From positions 1 to 29,971 of IMG/VR virus record IMGVR_UViG_3300020043_000524: a DNA stretch of 29,971 nt; one strand, written 5' to 3'. The translations under genes and the position numbers were made by a program. How positions within the stretch are numbered: position 1 is the stretch's first letter; each line of letters opens with the position of its first letter. A model generated the notes under the pieces. It made no database searches and was not told where the DNA came from. It worked only from the letters and a program-made list of their open reading frames with translations. Below are positions 1 to 8,007 of the stretch, piece by piece. The DNA comes from a virus. Its lineage: Duplodnaviria > Caudoviricetes.

Positions 1-1
1 C

Positions 2-1387
2 CCAGAAGCAATTAAAGGGCTTGTTGGGGGCTCTTCTGTTGACATTGCTCGTAACCGTGTGGCTCAGGCCATGTTGCGTGATGGCGCTACGCCAGATCAA
101 GTTATTGCTCGTATGTCAAAACTTGGTGACGATGCAATTTTGGCTGAGTCTGCTGGCTACAACACCCGCGACTTGCTGGACACAATGGCAACGCTTCCGG
201 GTCGCACTAAGAACTACACTGAAGAACTAATCCGTCAGCGTCAGTCTCAGCGTGGTGGCCGCATTGCAAATGCCGCACAACAGCAACTGTCCCCAGCTGG
301 CGCTCGTTTGGCTGACTCGGTTGAGTCGTTGATTACTAAGCGCGATGTTGATGCAACGCCTCTGTATAACCAACTCAAAACTGTGACTGTCACGCTTGAT
401 GATGATTTGAAACAGATTCTTGATGCCGCCAATAAACTTGGCGCATTTGGTCGTGCAGAGAAAATCTCCACTGGTTTGCGTGAGCCTTTCTCGCTGAAAG
501 ACTTTAAGAAAGCTACTGACGCTTCAATGACAGACTTGGATAAAGTCAAGCGCGGCATTGATGACATCATCAGCAGCAAATCAGCAACAAATGACCGTGG
601 CGAGATTAACGAGTTTGGTCGTTCTGTTGTAAGTTTGAAGCAGGATTTGCTCAAGCGTCTTGATGAGGCCACGATTGATCCAGACACTGGAGCATCTTTG
701 TATAAAAGCGCCCGTAACGCATACGCTGGCCCAAGCGCACTGATTTCTGCTGCTGAACTTGGTCGCACAGTGCTGAACAAGCCAGCCGCAACCATCAAGA
801 CACTGGTGAAAGACATGAGTGATTCTGAGCTTGAGTCGTTCCGTGTTGGCGCTTATGAAGGCTTGCGTGATTTGGCTGGCACACAGTCTGGTCAAACTCG
901 CTTGCTCAATATGTGGAAAGAGCCAGCGACTCAAGAGCGACTGAAAGAGATTTTCCCAAGCGAACGGGCTTTCCGTGTGTTTGCTTCTGATGTTGCTGCT
1001 GAAGCACGAAAGAAAGAAATTCAATCTGTTGGTCGTGGCTCTGCAACTGCTGGTCGTGAAGCGCGGGTTGAGGATGTTGGCATTGAAACCCTGAAAGACA
1101 CTGCCAATCTTGCCTCTGCCGCCAACACAATGGACATTGGCTCTTTGCTGAATATGTTGTCTAACAACATGAAAAGAACTTCTGTTCCTGAGCCTGTTCG
1201 CAATGAGATTGGTCGCATCTTGATGAGTCGCGCAACAAGTGCTGATGAAGTTAAGATTTTGCGTAATGTCATTGATAAAATGAAAAGAGATCAAGAGGCG
1301 CAAGCAGTGACAAGCGGCATCATTGGTTCGCAACTTGCACCAGCAGCAGAACCATTCACAGCGGCATTGCGTTCGCTTCTTCAGTAA
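2..1387 (+). CDS. Putative internal virion / DNA ejection protein (5'-truncated)
   Basis: Frame is open from base 2, so the true start lies outside the window. Helical Ala/Arg/Gln-rich protein directly upstream of the tail fibre, the usual position of podovirus ejection proteins. Confidence 0.55.
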   Translation, partial: PEAIKGLVGGSSVDIARNRVAQAMLRDGATPDQVIARMSKLGDDAILAESAGYNTRDLLDTMATLPGRTKNYTEELIRQRQSQRGGRIANAAQQQLSPAGARLADSVESLITKRDVDATPLYNQLKTVTVTLDDDLKQILDAANKLGAFGRAEKISTGLREPFSLKDFKKATDASMTDLDKVKRGIDDIISSKSATNDRGEINEFGRSVVSLKQDLLKRLDEATIDPDTGASLYKSARNAYAGPSALISAAELGRTVLNKPAATIKTLVKDMSDSELESFRVGAYEGLRDLAGTQSGQTRLLNMWKEPATQERLKEIFPSERAFRVFASDVAAEARKKEIQSVGRGSATAGREARVEDVGIETLKDTANLASAANTMDIGSLLNMLSNNMKRTSVPEPVRNEIGRILMSRATSADEVKILRNVIDKMKRDQEAQAVTSGIIGSQLAPAAEPFTAALRSLLQ

Positions 1388-1399
1388 ACGGAGTAAATC

Positions 1400-2752
1400 A
1401 TGGCAAAGACAAAGATTAGCGAATTTTCAGCAACCCCTGCAAACAACACCGACATTGACAACATCAACATTGCTGAAGGTTGCGCTCCAAGCGGCATTAA
1501 CGATGCTATCCGTGAGTTGATGGCCCAATTGAAAGACTTTCAAGTTGGCTCTGCTGGTGACTCGTTTAACGGGCCTGTAGGTACGACTACGGCTGCTGCT
1601 GGTGCTTTCACTACACTTTCGGCAACTGGCGTAACTACCGTTCAGGCTGGCACTAATAGCGCTCCCGCAATCACCACATCTGGCGACACCAACACAGGCA
1701 TCTTCTTCCCTGCTGCTGACACCATTGCTTTTGCTCAAGGTGGTGCTGAGGCTATGCGGATTGACTCTAGCGGTAACGTGGGTATTGGGACGACCTCAAC
1801 GCCAGTCCGTTTGTCGCTTGTTAATTCTGCCACTTTAGGTTGGCCGGAAAGCGCCACTGAAACAATCCCTGCTATTTTTAGGCAAACATTGTCTGCTGCA
1901 ACTGTGGTCGCCAACGGCTACAAGTATTCCGCAACGTCAAACGGCTTTGCCAGTGGCTACAGCTCTTCGTTTGCGAAATCAGCTATTTCTGTTGGTAATG
2001 GATCGGTTCGCTTTTACACAGACACTGCTGCAACTGTTGCAGTTGGCACAGATGTAACCCCCACAGAACGCGCCCGTATCACGTCTGCGGGTGATGTGCT
2101 AATAGGGACTACAGCATCAGGTCCCGGAAACGGCAACACAACAGTAGGTATTGAGCTGGCGGCAGATGGGCAGATGTTTGTTTCTTCTGCCGCAGCGCCC
2201 GTATTCTTTAACCGAAATGTTGATGGCACGGTCGTTTCTTTCAGTAGCGCGGGAACAGCAGAAGGAACCATCAGCATCTCTGGCACGACCACTTCATACA
2301 ACGGTGGTCACTTGTCTCGCTGGGCGCAAACCACCACAGCCAAAGACGAGTCGCTGGTTAAGGGGACTGTGATGTCCAACTTGGACGAGATGAACGTCTA
2401 TGTGGATGCTGCCGGTAACCCTGTGGCAAACGAGCAGCTCAACAAGGTCAAGGTTTCTGACGTTGAGGGTGATGCCAATGTCGCTGGGGTGTTTGTCAAC
2501 TGGACGCATGATGATGCCCACAACGTGGACGAGATCAACATGGCTATGACGGGCGACATGATTATCCGCATTGCCCAAGGCGTGACTGTCCAGCGTGGTG
2601 ACTTGCTCATGTCTGCCGGTGATGGCACTGCCAAGCCACAGGGTGACGACATTGTTCGCTCCAAGACCATTGCTAAAGTCACATCAACCCATGTCACTTG
2701 CACCTACGCAGACGGTTCATTCTGTGTGCCTTGTGTGCTGATGGCCTGTTAA
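1400..2752 (+). CDS. Tail fibre / receptor-binding protein
   Basis: RBS GGAG before ATG. Fibre repeats EAMRIDSSGNVGIGTT and ERARITSAGDVLIGTT. G/T/S-rich shaft. C-terminal domain (VAGVFV...GDMIIRI...RGDLLMS...KTIAKV) resembles the peptidase G2/IMC autocleavage-type chaperone. Confidence 0.8.
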   Translation: MAKTKISEFSATPANNTDIDNINIAEGCAPSGINDAIRELMAQLKDFQVGSAGDSFNGPVGTTTAAAGAFTTLSATGVTTVQAGTNSAPAITTSGDTNTGIFFPAADTIAFAQGGAEAMRIDSSGNVGIGTTSTPVRLSLVNSATLGWPESATETIPAIFRQTLSAATVVANGYKYSATSNGFASGYSSSFAKSAISVGNGSVRFYTDTAATVAVGTDVTPTERARITSAGDVLIGTTASGPGNGNTTVGIELAADGQMFVSSAAAPVFFNRNVDGTVVSFSSAGTAEGTISISGTTTSYNGGHLSRWAQTTTAKDESLVKGTVMSNLDEMNVYVDAAGNPVANEQLNKVKVSDVEGDANVAGVFVNWTHDDAHNVDEINMAMTGDMIIRIAQGVTVQRGDLLMSAGDGTAKPQGDDIVRSKTIAKVTSTHVTCTYADGSFCVPCVLMAC

Positions 2753-2762
2753 GGAGTTGCAA

Positions 2763-2822
2763 ATGAATCAGATCATCATCACCGCTTTGACCGCCCGAGT
2801 TGAAGCGCTGGAAGCTAAATAA
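2763..2822 (+). pseudogene. 19-codon ORF MNQIIITALTARVEALEAK, relic of an S74-type tail-fibre chaperone coiled-coil end
   Basis: Translated by hand. AAGGAG upstream. Matches the typical ...ITALTARVEALEAK* terminus of S74-chaperone fibres. Confidence 0.45.
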
Positions 2823-2835
2823 ACTTAGTAGTCCC

Positions 2836-3015
2836 ATGAGTACCATTGATAAAACTGATGCACGACTGTCTACTCACGAGGAAGTCTGTGCTATTCGTTA
2901 TGAACAAATCAATGCTCGGCTCAAGCGTCTTGAAGCGATCATGCTCAAGACTGCTGGAGTGATGCTGCTGTCTATGGGTGGCACAATCTTCTCTGCTGTT
3001 TGGATGCTCAAGTGA
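2836..3015 (+). CDS. Small coiled-coil plus C-terminal TM protein (lysis-region, XhlA-like topology)
   Basis: MSTIDKTDARLSTHEEVCAIRYEQINARLKRLE followed by a hydrophobic tail. ATG 2836 is preferred over the ORF-track start. Confidence 0.7.
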   Translation: MSTIDKTDARLSTHEEVCAIRYEQINARLKRLEAIMLKTAGVMLLSMGGTIFSAVWMLK

Positions 3016-3116
3016 AAGACTGGGCCATCGCATTCATTGCTGCGATGGCTGTTTGTTCTTTGACTATCTGGGCATCGTTTTCCATCTTGCCAATTCTTAA
3101 GTGGCTACTGCAATGA
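3012..3116 (+). CDS. 34-aa single-TM membrane peptide
   Basis: GTG overlaps the previous stop (GTGA) and its stop overlaps the next ATG (ATGA). MKDWAIAFIAAMAVCSLTIWASFSILPILKWLLQ. Confidence 0.6.
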   Translation: MKDWAIAFIAAMAVCSLTIWASFSILPILKWLLQ

Positions 3117-3607
3117 TTGACCCTATAAGCGCGTTGGCAGCCGTATCTGCTGCCGTTAATCTGGTCAAGAAGGCCGTAAAGACTGTCGATGATGTCCGCA
3201 GTCTAGGCCCTGTCCTTGGCAAATACTTTGATGCCAAGGCTGATGCAGTCAAAGTGCTTGAAGAAGCCAACAAGGGTGGTTTTAAAGGCTCCAACATGGG
3301 AAAGGCCGTGGAACTTGAGTTAGCCATCGAAAACGCCCGTCAGTTTGAAGAGCAAGTCAAGCAGCTATTTTTCCCCCACAACATGGATATTTGGGAGAAG
3401 ATCGTTAATCGCCGCGCTCAAATGGACGCTGATGACAAAGCACAACGCCGCAGAGCAGCAGACGCAGCCATCCAAGCCAGAAAGAAGCGCAAGGAAAGTC
3501 TTGAGTTATGGATTGCAGTCAGTCTTGCCACCATTGTTTTTGTGATCCTCATGTGGGTTGGCATTGAGATTGTCTACTACTGCCGGGAGGTCAAATGTGG
3601 AAATTGA
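3113..3607 (+). CDS. Hypothetical membrane-anchored coiled-coil protein
   Basis: MIDPISALAAVSAAV start coupled by ATGA overlap. C-terminal TM segment LWIAVSLATIVFVILMWVGI. Confidence 0.7.
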   Translation: MIDPISALAAVSAAVNLVKKAVKTVDDVRSLGPVLGKYFDAKADAVKVLEEANKGGFKGSNMGKAVELELAIENARQFEEQVKQLFFPHNMDIWEKIVNRRAQMDADDKAQRRRAADAAIQARKKRKESLELWIAVSLATIVFVILMWVGIEIVYYCREVKCGN

Positions 3608-3807
3608 TTTTTCCTCTACTGTTTCTGGCTGGCTGTGAAGAGCAATACAGGTATTTCTGCCAGAACCCTGACAACTTTCAAAAAGAGCAGTGTCAGAAGC
3701 CTCGCTGTCAGTTTACGCAGACTTGCCCCGAGTACATGGTGGCCCCCATCTTGGAGAAACAAATTGAGCAAACCAAACCAGCCGCAGAGCCAACACCTGT
3801 CCGCTGA
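3595..3807 (+). CDS. Cys-rich lipoprotein (possible o-spanin-like)
   Basis: Signal peptide with lipobox LAGC, GGGAGG RBS, four further Cys, Pro-rich tail, located in the lysis cassette. Confidence 0.65.
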   Translation: MWKLIFPLLFLAGCEEQYRYFCQNPDNFQKEQCQKPRCQFTQTCPEYMVAPILEKQIEQTKPAAEPTPVR

Positions 3808-4093
3808 CCAGATTGAAGTCCGCATTTGGGCTTTTGTTGTCGTGGCTGTCACGCTTATCTTGACGTTCATTGTGTGTGCTTTGCTGTACTCTGTGACCTT
3901 TGTAACGCAGCCAATTAAGGCTATGGCTCCAATCGATCAGGCTTACACCAAGATGCTGAACGATATTGTTCTGCTAATTGTTGGCGGCATTGGCGGCATC
4001 ATGGGCAAACGCGCAGTAAGTGCGGCAGCGCACGCTATCGTACCTGACCAACCTAAAGAGGACAAAGATGTTTCCACTAACAGCACTACTTGA
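3764..4093 (+). CDS. Two-TM membrane protein (holin-like)
   Basis: TTG 3764 preceded by GGAG. Two hydrophobic segments (IWAFVVVAVTLILTFIVCALLY; IVLLIVGGIGGIMG). Confidence 0.6.
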   Translation: MSKPNQPQSQHLSADQIEVRIWAFVVVAVTLILTFIVCALLYSVTFVTQPIKAMAPIDQAYTKMLNDIVLLIVGGIGGIMGKRAVSAAAHAIVPDQPKEDKDVSTNSTT

Positions 4094-4628
4094 GGTGGGT
4101 GGAAAGCATCAAATGCTTGGACTTGACTCTGGGGTGTTTTATCGCGAATGCGAAATTTGCAATACAGCAAAGCCTTCTAAAAAGTTTCGGTTACGAACTG
4201 AAGCAAAAATTCACTCCCGCAGACCGTATTGTTTAATTTGCGAGAAAACAAAACGTAATAGCAACTACCTTAGCAACAAAATAAATCACTTAAAAAATAT
4301 TGAAAGTTACCGCGCCGAAAATTGGGAAATGAAAATGCTATGGCAAGCAAAAGCTACGGCAAATCGAAAAAATATCCCTTTTGATCTTGATGTAACCGAC
4401 ATCATAATTCCCACGCATTGCAAGTATCTTGGAATTCCACTTACTCGGTTGCTTGGAGATGGAGTGGTGTGGAGCAATACATCATTGGATAGGATTGATT
4501 CATCAAAAGGCTACGTGAAAGGCAACATTGAAGTTATATCGCGAAAAGCAAACTCAATGAAAAACATGGCTAACCTTGATGAGCTTCGCACTTTTGCAAA
4601 AAATATACTGCGTATTTATGGAGAGTAA
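4068..4628 (+). CDS. HNH-type (His-Me finger) homing endonuclease with N-terminal CxxC/CxxC, fused to the first 13 codons of a holin
   Basis: Motif SLDRIDSSKGYVKGNIEVISRKANSMKN. CEIC...CLIC. AT-rich relative to flanks. GAGG RBS before ATG 4068. Confidence 0.75.
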   Translation: MFPLTALLEVGGKHQMLGLDSGVFYRECEICNTAKPSKKFRLRTEAKIHSRRPYCLICEKTKRNSNYLSNKINHLKNIESYRAENWEMKMLWQAKATANRKNIPFDLDVTDIIIPTHCKYLGIPLTRLLGDGVVWSNTSLDRIDSSKGYVKGNIEVISRKANSMKNMANLDELRTFAKNILRIYGE

Positions 4629-4631
4629 ACC

Positions 4632-5060
4632 ATGTTCCCATTGACTGCAATTTTAGGTATTGGTTCTCAACTTATTGACAAGCTGATTCCCGATCCAGAG
4701 GCCAAGGCCAAAGCAACTGCTGAACTTGCAAAGATGGCGCAAGACGGTGAGCTTGCTAAGATGGTCAACGACACCAAGTTGTTTGAGACTGAGCAAAACA
4801 ACCTCACAGACCGCTTAAAAGCAGATATGTCATCTGACTCTTGGCTGTCCAAAAACATTCGCCCTATGACCCTCCTGTTGATTCTGGGAGGCTATTTCAC
4901 ATTCGCCATGATGTCTGCTTTTGATTACGACACCAACAGGTCGTATGTTGAGTTGCTTGGACAGTGGGGAATGCTGGTGATGTCGTTTTACTTTGGTGGA
5001 CGAACATTGGAAAAGATTATGGATATGAAATCTGACAAGAAAGACAAGGACGCAAAGTGA
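4632..5060 (+). CDS. Holin of the 3TM / gene-transfer-release (DUF3154) family
   Basis: LIDKLIPDP...DSWLSKNIRP...FYFGGRTLEK motifs. Immediately upstream of the endolysin. Confidence 0.8.
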   Translation: MFPLTAILGIGSQLIDKLIPDPEAKAKATAELAKMAQDGELAKMVNDTKLFETEQNNLTDRLKADMSSDSWLSKNIRPMTLLLILGGYFTFAMMSAFDYDTNRSYVELLGQWGMLVMSFYFGGRTLEKIMDMKSDKKDKDAK

Positions 5061-5656
5061 TTACTGCTGAACAACTCAAAGAACTGCACATTGATGACGA
5101 TTGGCTGGAGCCTTTGAATGAGGCTTTCCAGCGCTATGAGATCAACACCCCCTTGCGGATGGCTGCTTTCATTGGTCAATGCGCCCATGAGTCTGGCAAC
5201 TTCAAAACTCTGCAAGAGAACCTGAACTACAGCGCCGAGGGTCTGTGCCGTGTTTGGCCTTCACGTTTCCCCACATTGGAAGCCGCAAAACCCTACCACC
5301 GCAATCCTGACAAGATCGCCAACAAGGTTTATGGTGGCCGTATGGGTAACGGTACTGAAGAAACAGGTGAAGGCAGTCTTTACAAGGGCCGAGGTCTTAT
5401 TCAGTTGACTGGCAAGGATAACTACACGCTCTGTGGCGATGCTCTGGGCATGGATTTCATTCACTCGCCTGATTTGGTCTTGGCTCCAAAGTATGCGGCA
5501 CTTTCAGCGGCATGGTACTGGAACAAGCGTGGCCTGAATAAAGAGGCTGATGCAAAAGACTACACCGCCATGACCAAGAAGATCAATGGCGGCGTAATTG
5601 GCCTAGATGACCGTATCAAGCATATCAAGCACGCTTTGGATGTTCTAGGTGGCTAA
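5057..5656 (+). CDS. Endolysin, glycoside hydrolase family 19
   Basis: AAFIGQCAHESG, ENLNYS, YKGRGLIQLTGKDNY, TKKINGG motifs. Confidence 0.92.
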   Translation: MITAEQLKELHIDDDWLEPLNEAFQRYEINTPLRMAAFIGQCAHESGNFKTLQENLNYSAEGLCRVWPSRFPTLEAAKPYHRNPDKIANKVYGGRMGNGTEETGEGSLYKGRGLIQLTGKDNYTLCGDALGMDFIHSPDLVLAPKYAALSAAWYWNKRGLNKEADAKDYTAMTKKINGGVIGLDDRIKHIKHALDVLGG

Positions 5657-5816
5657 TCGGTATATAGCAACAGGCTTCAGAAGCACTTGTCTCAACTAGC
5701 ACGACAGGTGTTCTTGGGCCCATTTGCTGTTTTGCGTGATTGATATACCGCTTGCAGTTGTGGCAATAGTGATCCGGGTGTTCAGGATCACATCTAGCAA
5801 CATCAAACAGCAGCAT
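5625..5816 (-). CDS. Small Cys/His-rich hypothetical protein
   Basis: MLLFDVARCDPEHPDHYCHNCKRY...; last gene of the leftward arm, overlapping the endolysin 3' end. Confidence 0.55.
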   Translation of the reverse strand: MLLFDVARCDPEHPDHYCHNCKRYINHAKQQMGPRTPVVLVETSASEACCYIPISHLEHPKRA

Positions 5817-6099
5817 CTTTGTATTCCAATTCAAGCAGCAGTTCTAGGTAGTGGATTGCCTTCTTGATGTCAGCAGCACCATTCTTTTCTTTGTGGCGGG
5901 TGACGTACTTGATGACGTTTCCTTCACAGAAACCCAGATCGTTTGCGTGGATATAGACAATTGGCTGGATGCCTTTGTCTTTGTAGTGGTTGCCAGAAAC
6001 TTGTTTGTCAAGTGCTGATCCAGTTGCAGACACATACACAATGGTTGCACAGCCATGTTGCAAGCAAGCCTCTGGTGTTGGGCAAGTATCGCAAAGCAT
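5803..6099 (-). CDS. DUF3310 (SaV-like / T7 gp1.7-related nucleotide kinase-like) protein
   Basis: QVSGNHYK...IQPI...GNVIKYVTRHKEKNGAADIKKAIHYL motif. Confidence 0.85.
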   Translation of the reverse strand: MLCDTCPTPEACLQHGCATIVYVSATGSALDKQVSGNHYKDKGIQPIVYIHANDLGFCEGNVIKYVTRHKEKNGAADIKKAIHYLELLLELEYKDAAV

Positions 6100-6404
6100 C
6101 ACGACTCCTTAACAAAAACGCCATTGGGCATCAGAGTGCCTTTACGGTCTTTGATTTCGGCATAGGCTTGCTCTATGCAGGTCACCAAGTTGATGTCTTG
6201 CAAGGCGCAATAATTGACCAGACAGACCATCACATCACCAACGCCATCAATGATTCCTGCTTTGTCTTTCTTGATGGTGGCATCAGCTAACTCACCAAGT
6301 TCAGACATAGCCTTGAGAAGCTGCACTTCAGGGGTTGAGTTTGGAATAATCTTCCGAGCTTCAGACCACTGGATAATTTTCATTTCAACATCTGCGTAAC
6401 TCAT
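6099..6404 (-). CDS. MazG-like nucleotide pyrophosphohydrolase
   Basis: QLLKAMSELGELA...DGVGDVMV...AYAEIKDRKG. AAGGA RBS before ATG 6404. Confidence 0.85.
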   Translation of the reverse strand: MSYADVEMKIIQWSEARKIIPNSTPEVQLLKAMSELGELADATIKKDKAGIIDGVGDVMVCLVNYCALQDINLVTCIEQAYAEIKDRKGTLMPNGVFVKES

Positions 6405-6420
6405 GGTTTTCCTTGTAGTT

Positions 6421-6484
6421 GGGGTACTCGCTGCACTGGTGCGCTCCACCGGGAATCCCCAGAAGCCAGCATCCGCTTTCCCCC
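6421..6484 (-). ncRNA. Candidate structured RNA (intergenic hairpin with loop-E-like GAA/AGUA motif)
   Basis: Minus-strand GGGG-GAA-A-GC-GGAU-GCUGG...CCAGU-GCA-GC-G-AGUA-CCCC, with inner hairpin CUGGG-GAUU-CCCGG. Confidence 0.5.
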
Positions 6485-6489
6485 GTTAA

Positions 6490-6705
6490 TCAATATTCCA
6501 TTGCTTGCCGAATGTCTCTGATTCGCATCTTCAACAACGGCGCAAGTTCTTCTTTGCTTTGTTTCAATCTAACAAGTTCAGCTTCGTAATAACGAATCTT
6601 CTCGTCAATGTTGTCTTCCACTGTTGGATTGTGGTCAACACGTTGCACACCAAGTTGCGCTCCGTACATTGCTTGTTTTTGTTCTACTGCGTATGTGTGA
6701 GTCAT
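6490..6705 (-). CDS. Hypothetical coiled-coil protein
   Basis: MTHTYAVEQKQ... 71 aa, co-oriented within the early arm. Confidence 0.6.
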   Translation of the reverse strand: MTHTYAVEQKQAMYGAQLGVQRVDHNPTVEDNIDEKIRYYEAELVRLKQSKEELAPLLKMRIRDIRQAMEY

Positions 6706-6718
6706 AATTAAATCCGAG

Positions 6719-6973
6719 TTAAAAAGGGATGTCATCATCCATGTTTTCAAACCCACTGGAAGGCTTAGAAGCCTTTTTAACGGGCGCTGCGTCCTTTGGC
6801 TTGACTGACAGACTCATAAACTTTTTACCCGTCTTCTCGCTCGTTTTAAGCCATCCTGACACCCAGAGGTCAACGCCATTGACGTTCAGACTTCCCTTGT
6901 AATCAGGATGATTGTCTTGTTGCTTGTCATCGTTCTTAAAGATGGCTCCGCGATTTGAATTGTCGTATTGCAT
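6719..6973 (-). CDS. Small single-stranded DNA-binding protein (DUF736-like)
   Basis: HPDYKG...VSGW...FMSLSV core, SSB-type acidic tail DDDIPF, adjacent to ERF. Confidence 0.75.
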   Translation of the reverse strand: MQYDNSNRGAIFKNDDKQQDNHPDYKGSLNVNGVDLWVSGWLKTSEKTGKKFMSLSVKPKDAAPVKKASKPSSGFENMDDDIPF

Positions 6974-6975
6974 GG

Positions 6976-7578
6976 TTATTCCTTTGCTTTCTTGATTTCA
7001 CTTCTTACTTTGCTTGGAAGCATTGACCACAAAGCCACCTTCTGCTCGGCTTCTAGGTTCTCCGCTTCCATCCTCTCAAGACCTTGCTTTCCGTCCAAGG
7101 CCATGATTTCCATCGCCAAATCTTGCAGATACTGAAGTTCCTCTGCTGGCAGAGAATCAGCAATGCCTTGTGCTGGCGTGATAACTACTTTCTTTGTTTC
7201 AACTGGCTTGGATGAATCAAGAGCATCATGCTCAACGATTTCAAGCGCAGCAACCCACAAATATCGGCGCAGGTATGTTTGCACTGCTCCAAGGTTTTGC
7301 ACCTCATGGCAGCCCTTTAAAGCTGCTGTAGACATGGGTGATTCGATGACGATTACTTCCTCTGGCTTGTCAGTATTGATGATCCGCAGATCAGCAGTTT
7401 CTTTGCCAAAGCTGATGATGCCTGTCAGTCCAAACTCTTTAAAGATTTCCAAAGCCGGGATGATGAAGTCGCCAAGTTCAAAATATTTGTAACCGGCAAA
7501 CTTGTTGTGGCCCGACTTCTTGAGTTCGATGCTGTGGAACTTGGCCCGAGCAGCGTTGAGTTTTTGATAGACATTCAT
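6976..7578 (-). CDS. erf: ERF-family single-strand annealing recombinase
   Basis: KKSGHNKFAGYKYFELGD...QNLGAVQTYLRRY...HDALD motifs. Confidence 0.85.
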   Translation of the reverse strand: MNVYQKLNAARAKFHSIELKKSGHNKFAGYKYFELGDFIIPALEIFKEFGLTGIISFGKETADLRIINTDKPEEVIVIESPMSTAALKGCHEVQNLGAVQTYLRRYLWVAALEIVEHDALDSSKPVETKKVVITPAQGIADSLPAEELQYLQDLAMEIMALDGKQGLERMEAENLEAEQKVALWSMLPSKVRSEIKKAKE

Positions 7579-7697
7579 TTTGATTCCTTGGTGTATTGTG
7601 GTGGGTATGGGATGTTAAACGCTTTACAGAGTTCTTCCATCTTTGCCCAAGCTGTTGGGCTTTCCATGCCCATTGCGTACAGATCATTCTCCGTCAT
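7575..7697 (-). CDS. Hypothetical 40-aa protein
   Basis: MTENDLYAMGMESPTAWAKMEELCKAFNIPYPPQYTKESK. GAGG RBS. Stop overlaps the ERF start. Confidence 0.55.
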   Translation of the reverse strand: MTENDLYAMGMESPTAWAKMEELCKAFNIPYPPQYTKESK

Positions 7698-7848
7698 GCT
7701 TCACCTCTTTTGTCTCAACAATTACGCTTGATGGAATGTCTCGGTAAGAGCTTCCAGACACACTGTTGAAGCCTTGACCAAGAATGCACTTGTTGGCGTA
7801 ATTCAAGATAATCTGCTCAACTTCTTCGCGTGTAAATTCGATTTTCAT
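7684..7848 (-). CDS. Hypothetical 54-aa protein
   Basis: MKIEFTREEVEQIILNYANK...; AAGGA RBS. Confidence 0.6.
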   Translation of the reverse strand: MKIEFTREEVEQIILNYANKCILGQGFNSVSGSSYRDIPSSVIVETKEVKHDGE

Positions 7849-7857
7849 ATCATTCCT

Positions 7858-8007
7858 TTAAAAAAACCACAGGTAAAAACCATGCAAGATTCCAATCGGG
7901 AACAGCAATGCTCCAGCGATTAGAAAGCCCCACAAGCCTTGTGCAAAGCAAGTGAAGATGTGCGTGAACCATGCTGCAACTGTCAGCCAAATAATGATGG
8001 CCCCCAT
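7858..8007 (-). CDS. 49-aa two-TM membrane protein
   Basis: MGAIIIWLTVAAWFTHIFTCFAQGLWGFLIAGALLFPIGILHGFYLWFF. Start overlaps the upstream stop. Confidence 0.65.
   Translation of the reverse strand: MGAIIIWLTVAAWFTHIFTCFAQGLWGFLIAGALLFPIGILHGFYLWFF

Noticed and set aside
247-1333. Long minus-strand ORFs (189 and 250 aa) opposite the ejection protein
   Set aside because: Shadow ORFs of a codon-biased plus-strand gene; no RBS or protein-like motifs.
3635-3763. ORF-track N-terminal extensions (also 2800, 4020, 9384, 11315, 12031, 25632)
   Set aside because: Downstream starts have an RBS, a promoter or stop-start coupling, whereas the extensions overlap upstream genes or RNA structures.
4068-4631. 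Group I intron or intein around the HNH in the holin
   Set aside because: No room for an intron core outside the ORF and no intein C/S...HN ends. The holin is restored by a second start rather than by splicing.
6421-6484. tRNA or hammerhead ribozyme
   Set aside because: No T-loop GTTC or cloverleaf, and no CUGANGA core. Kept only as an unnamed structured RNA.
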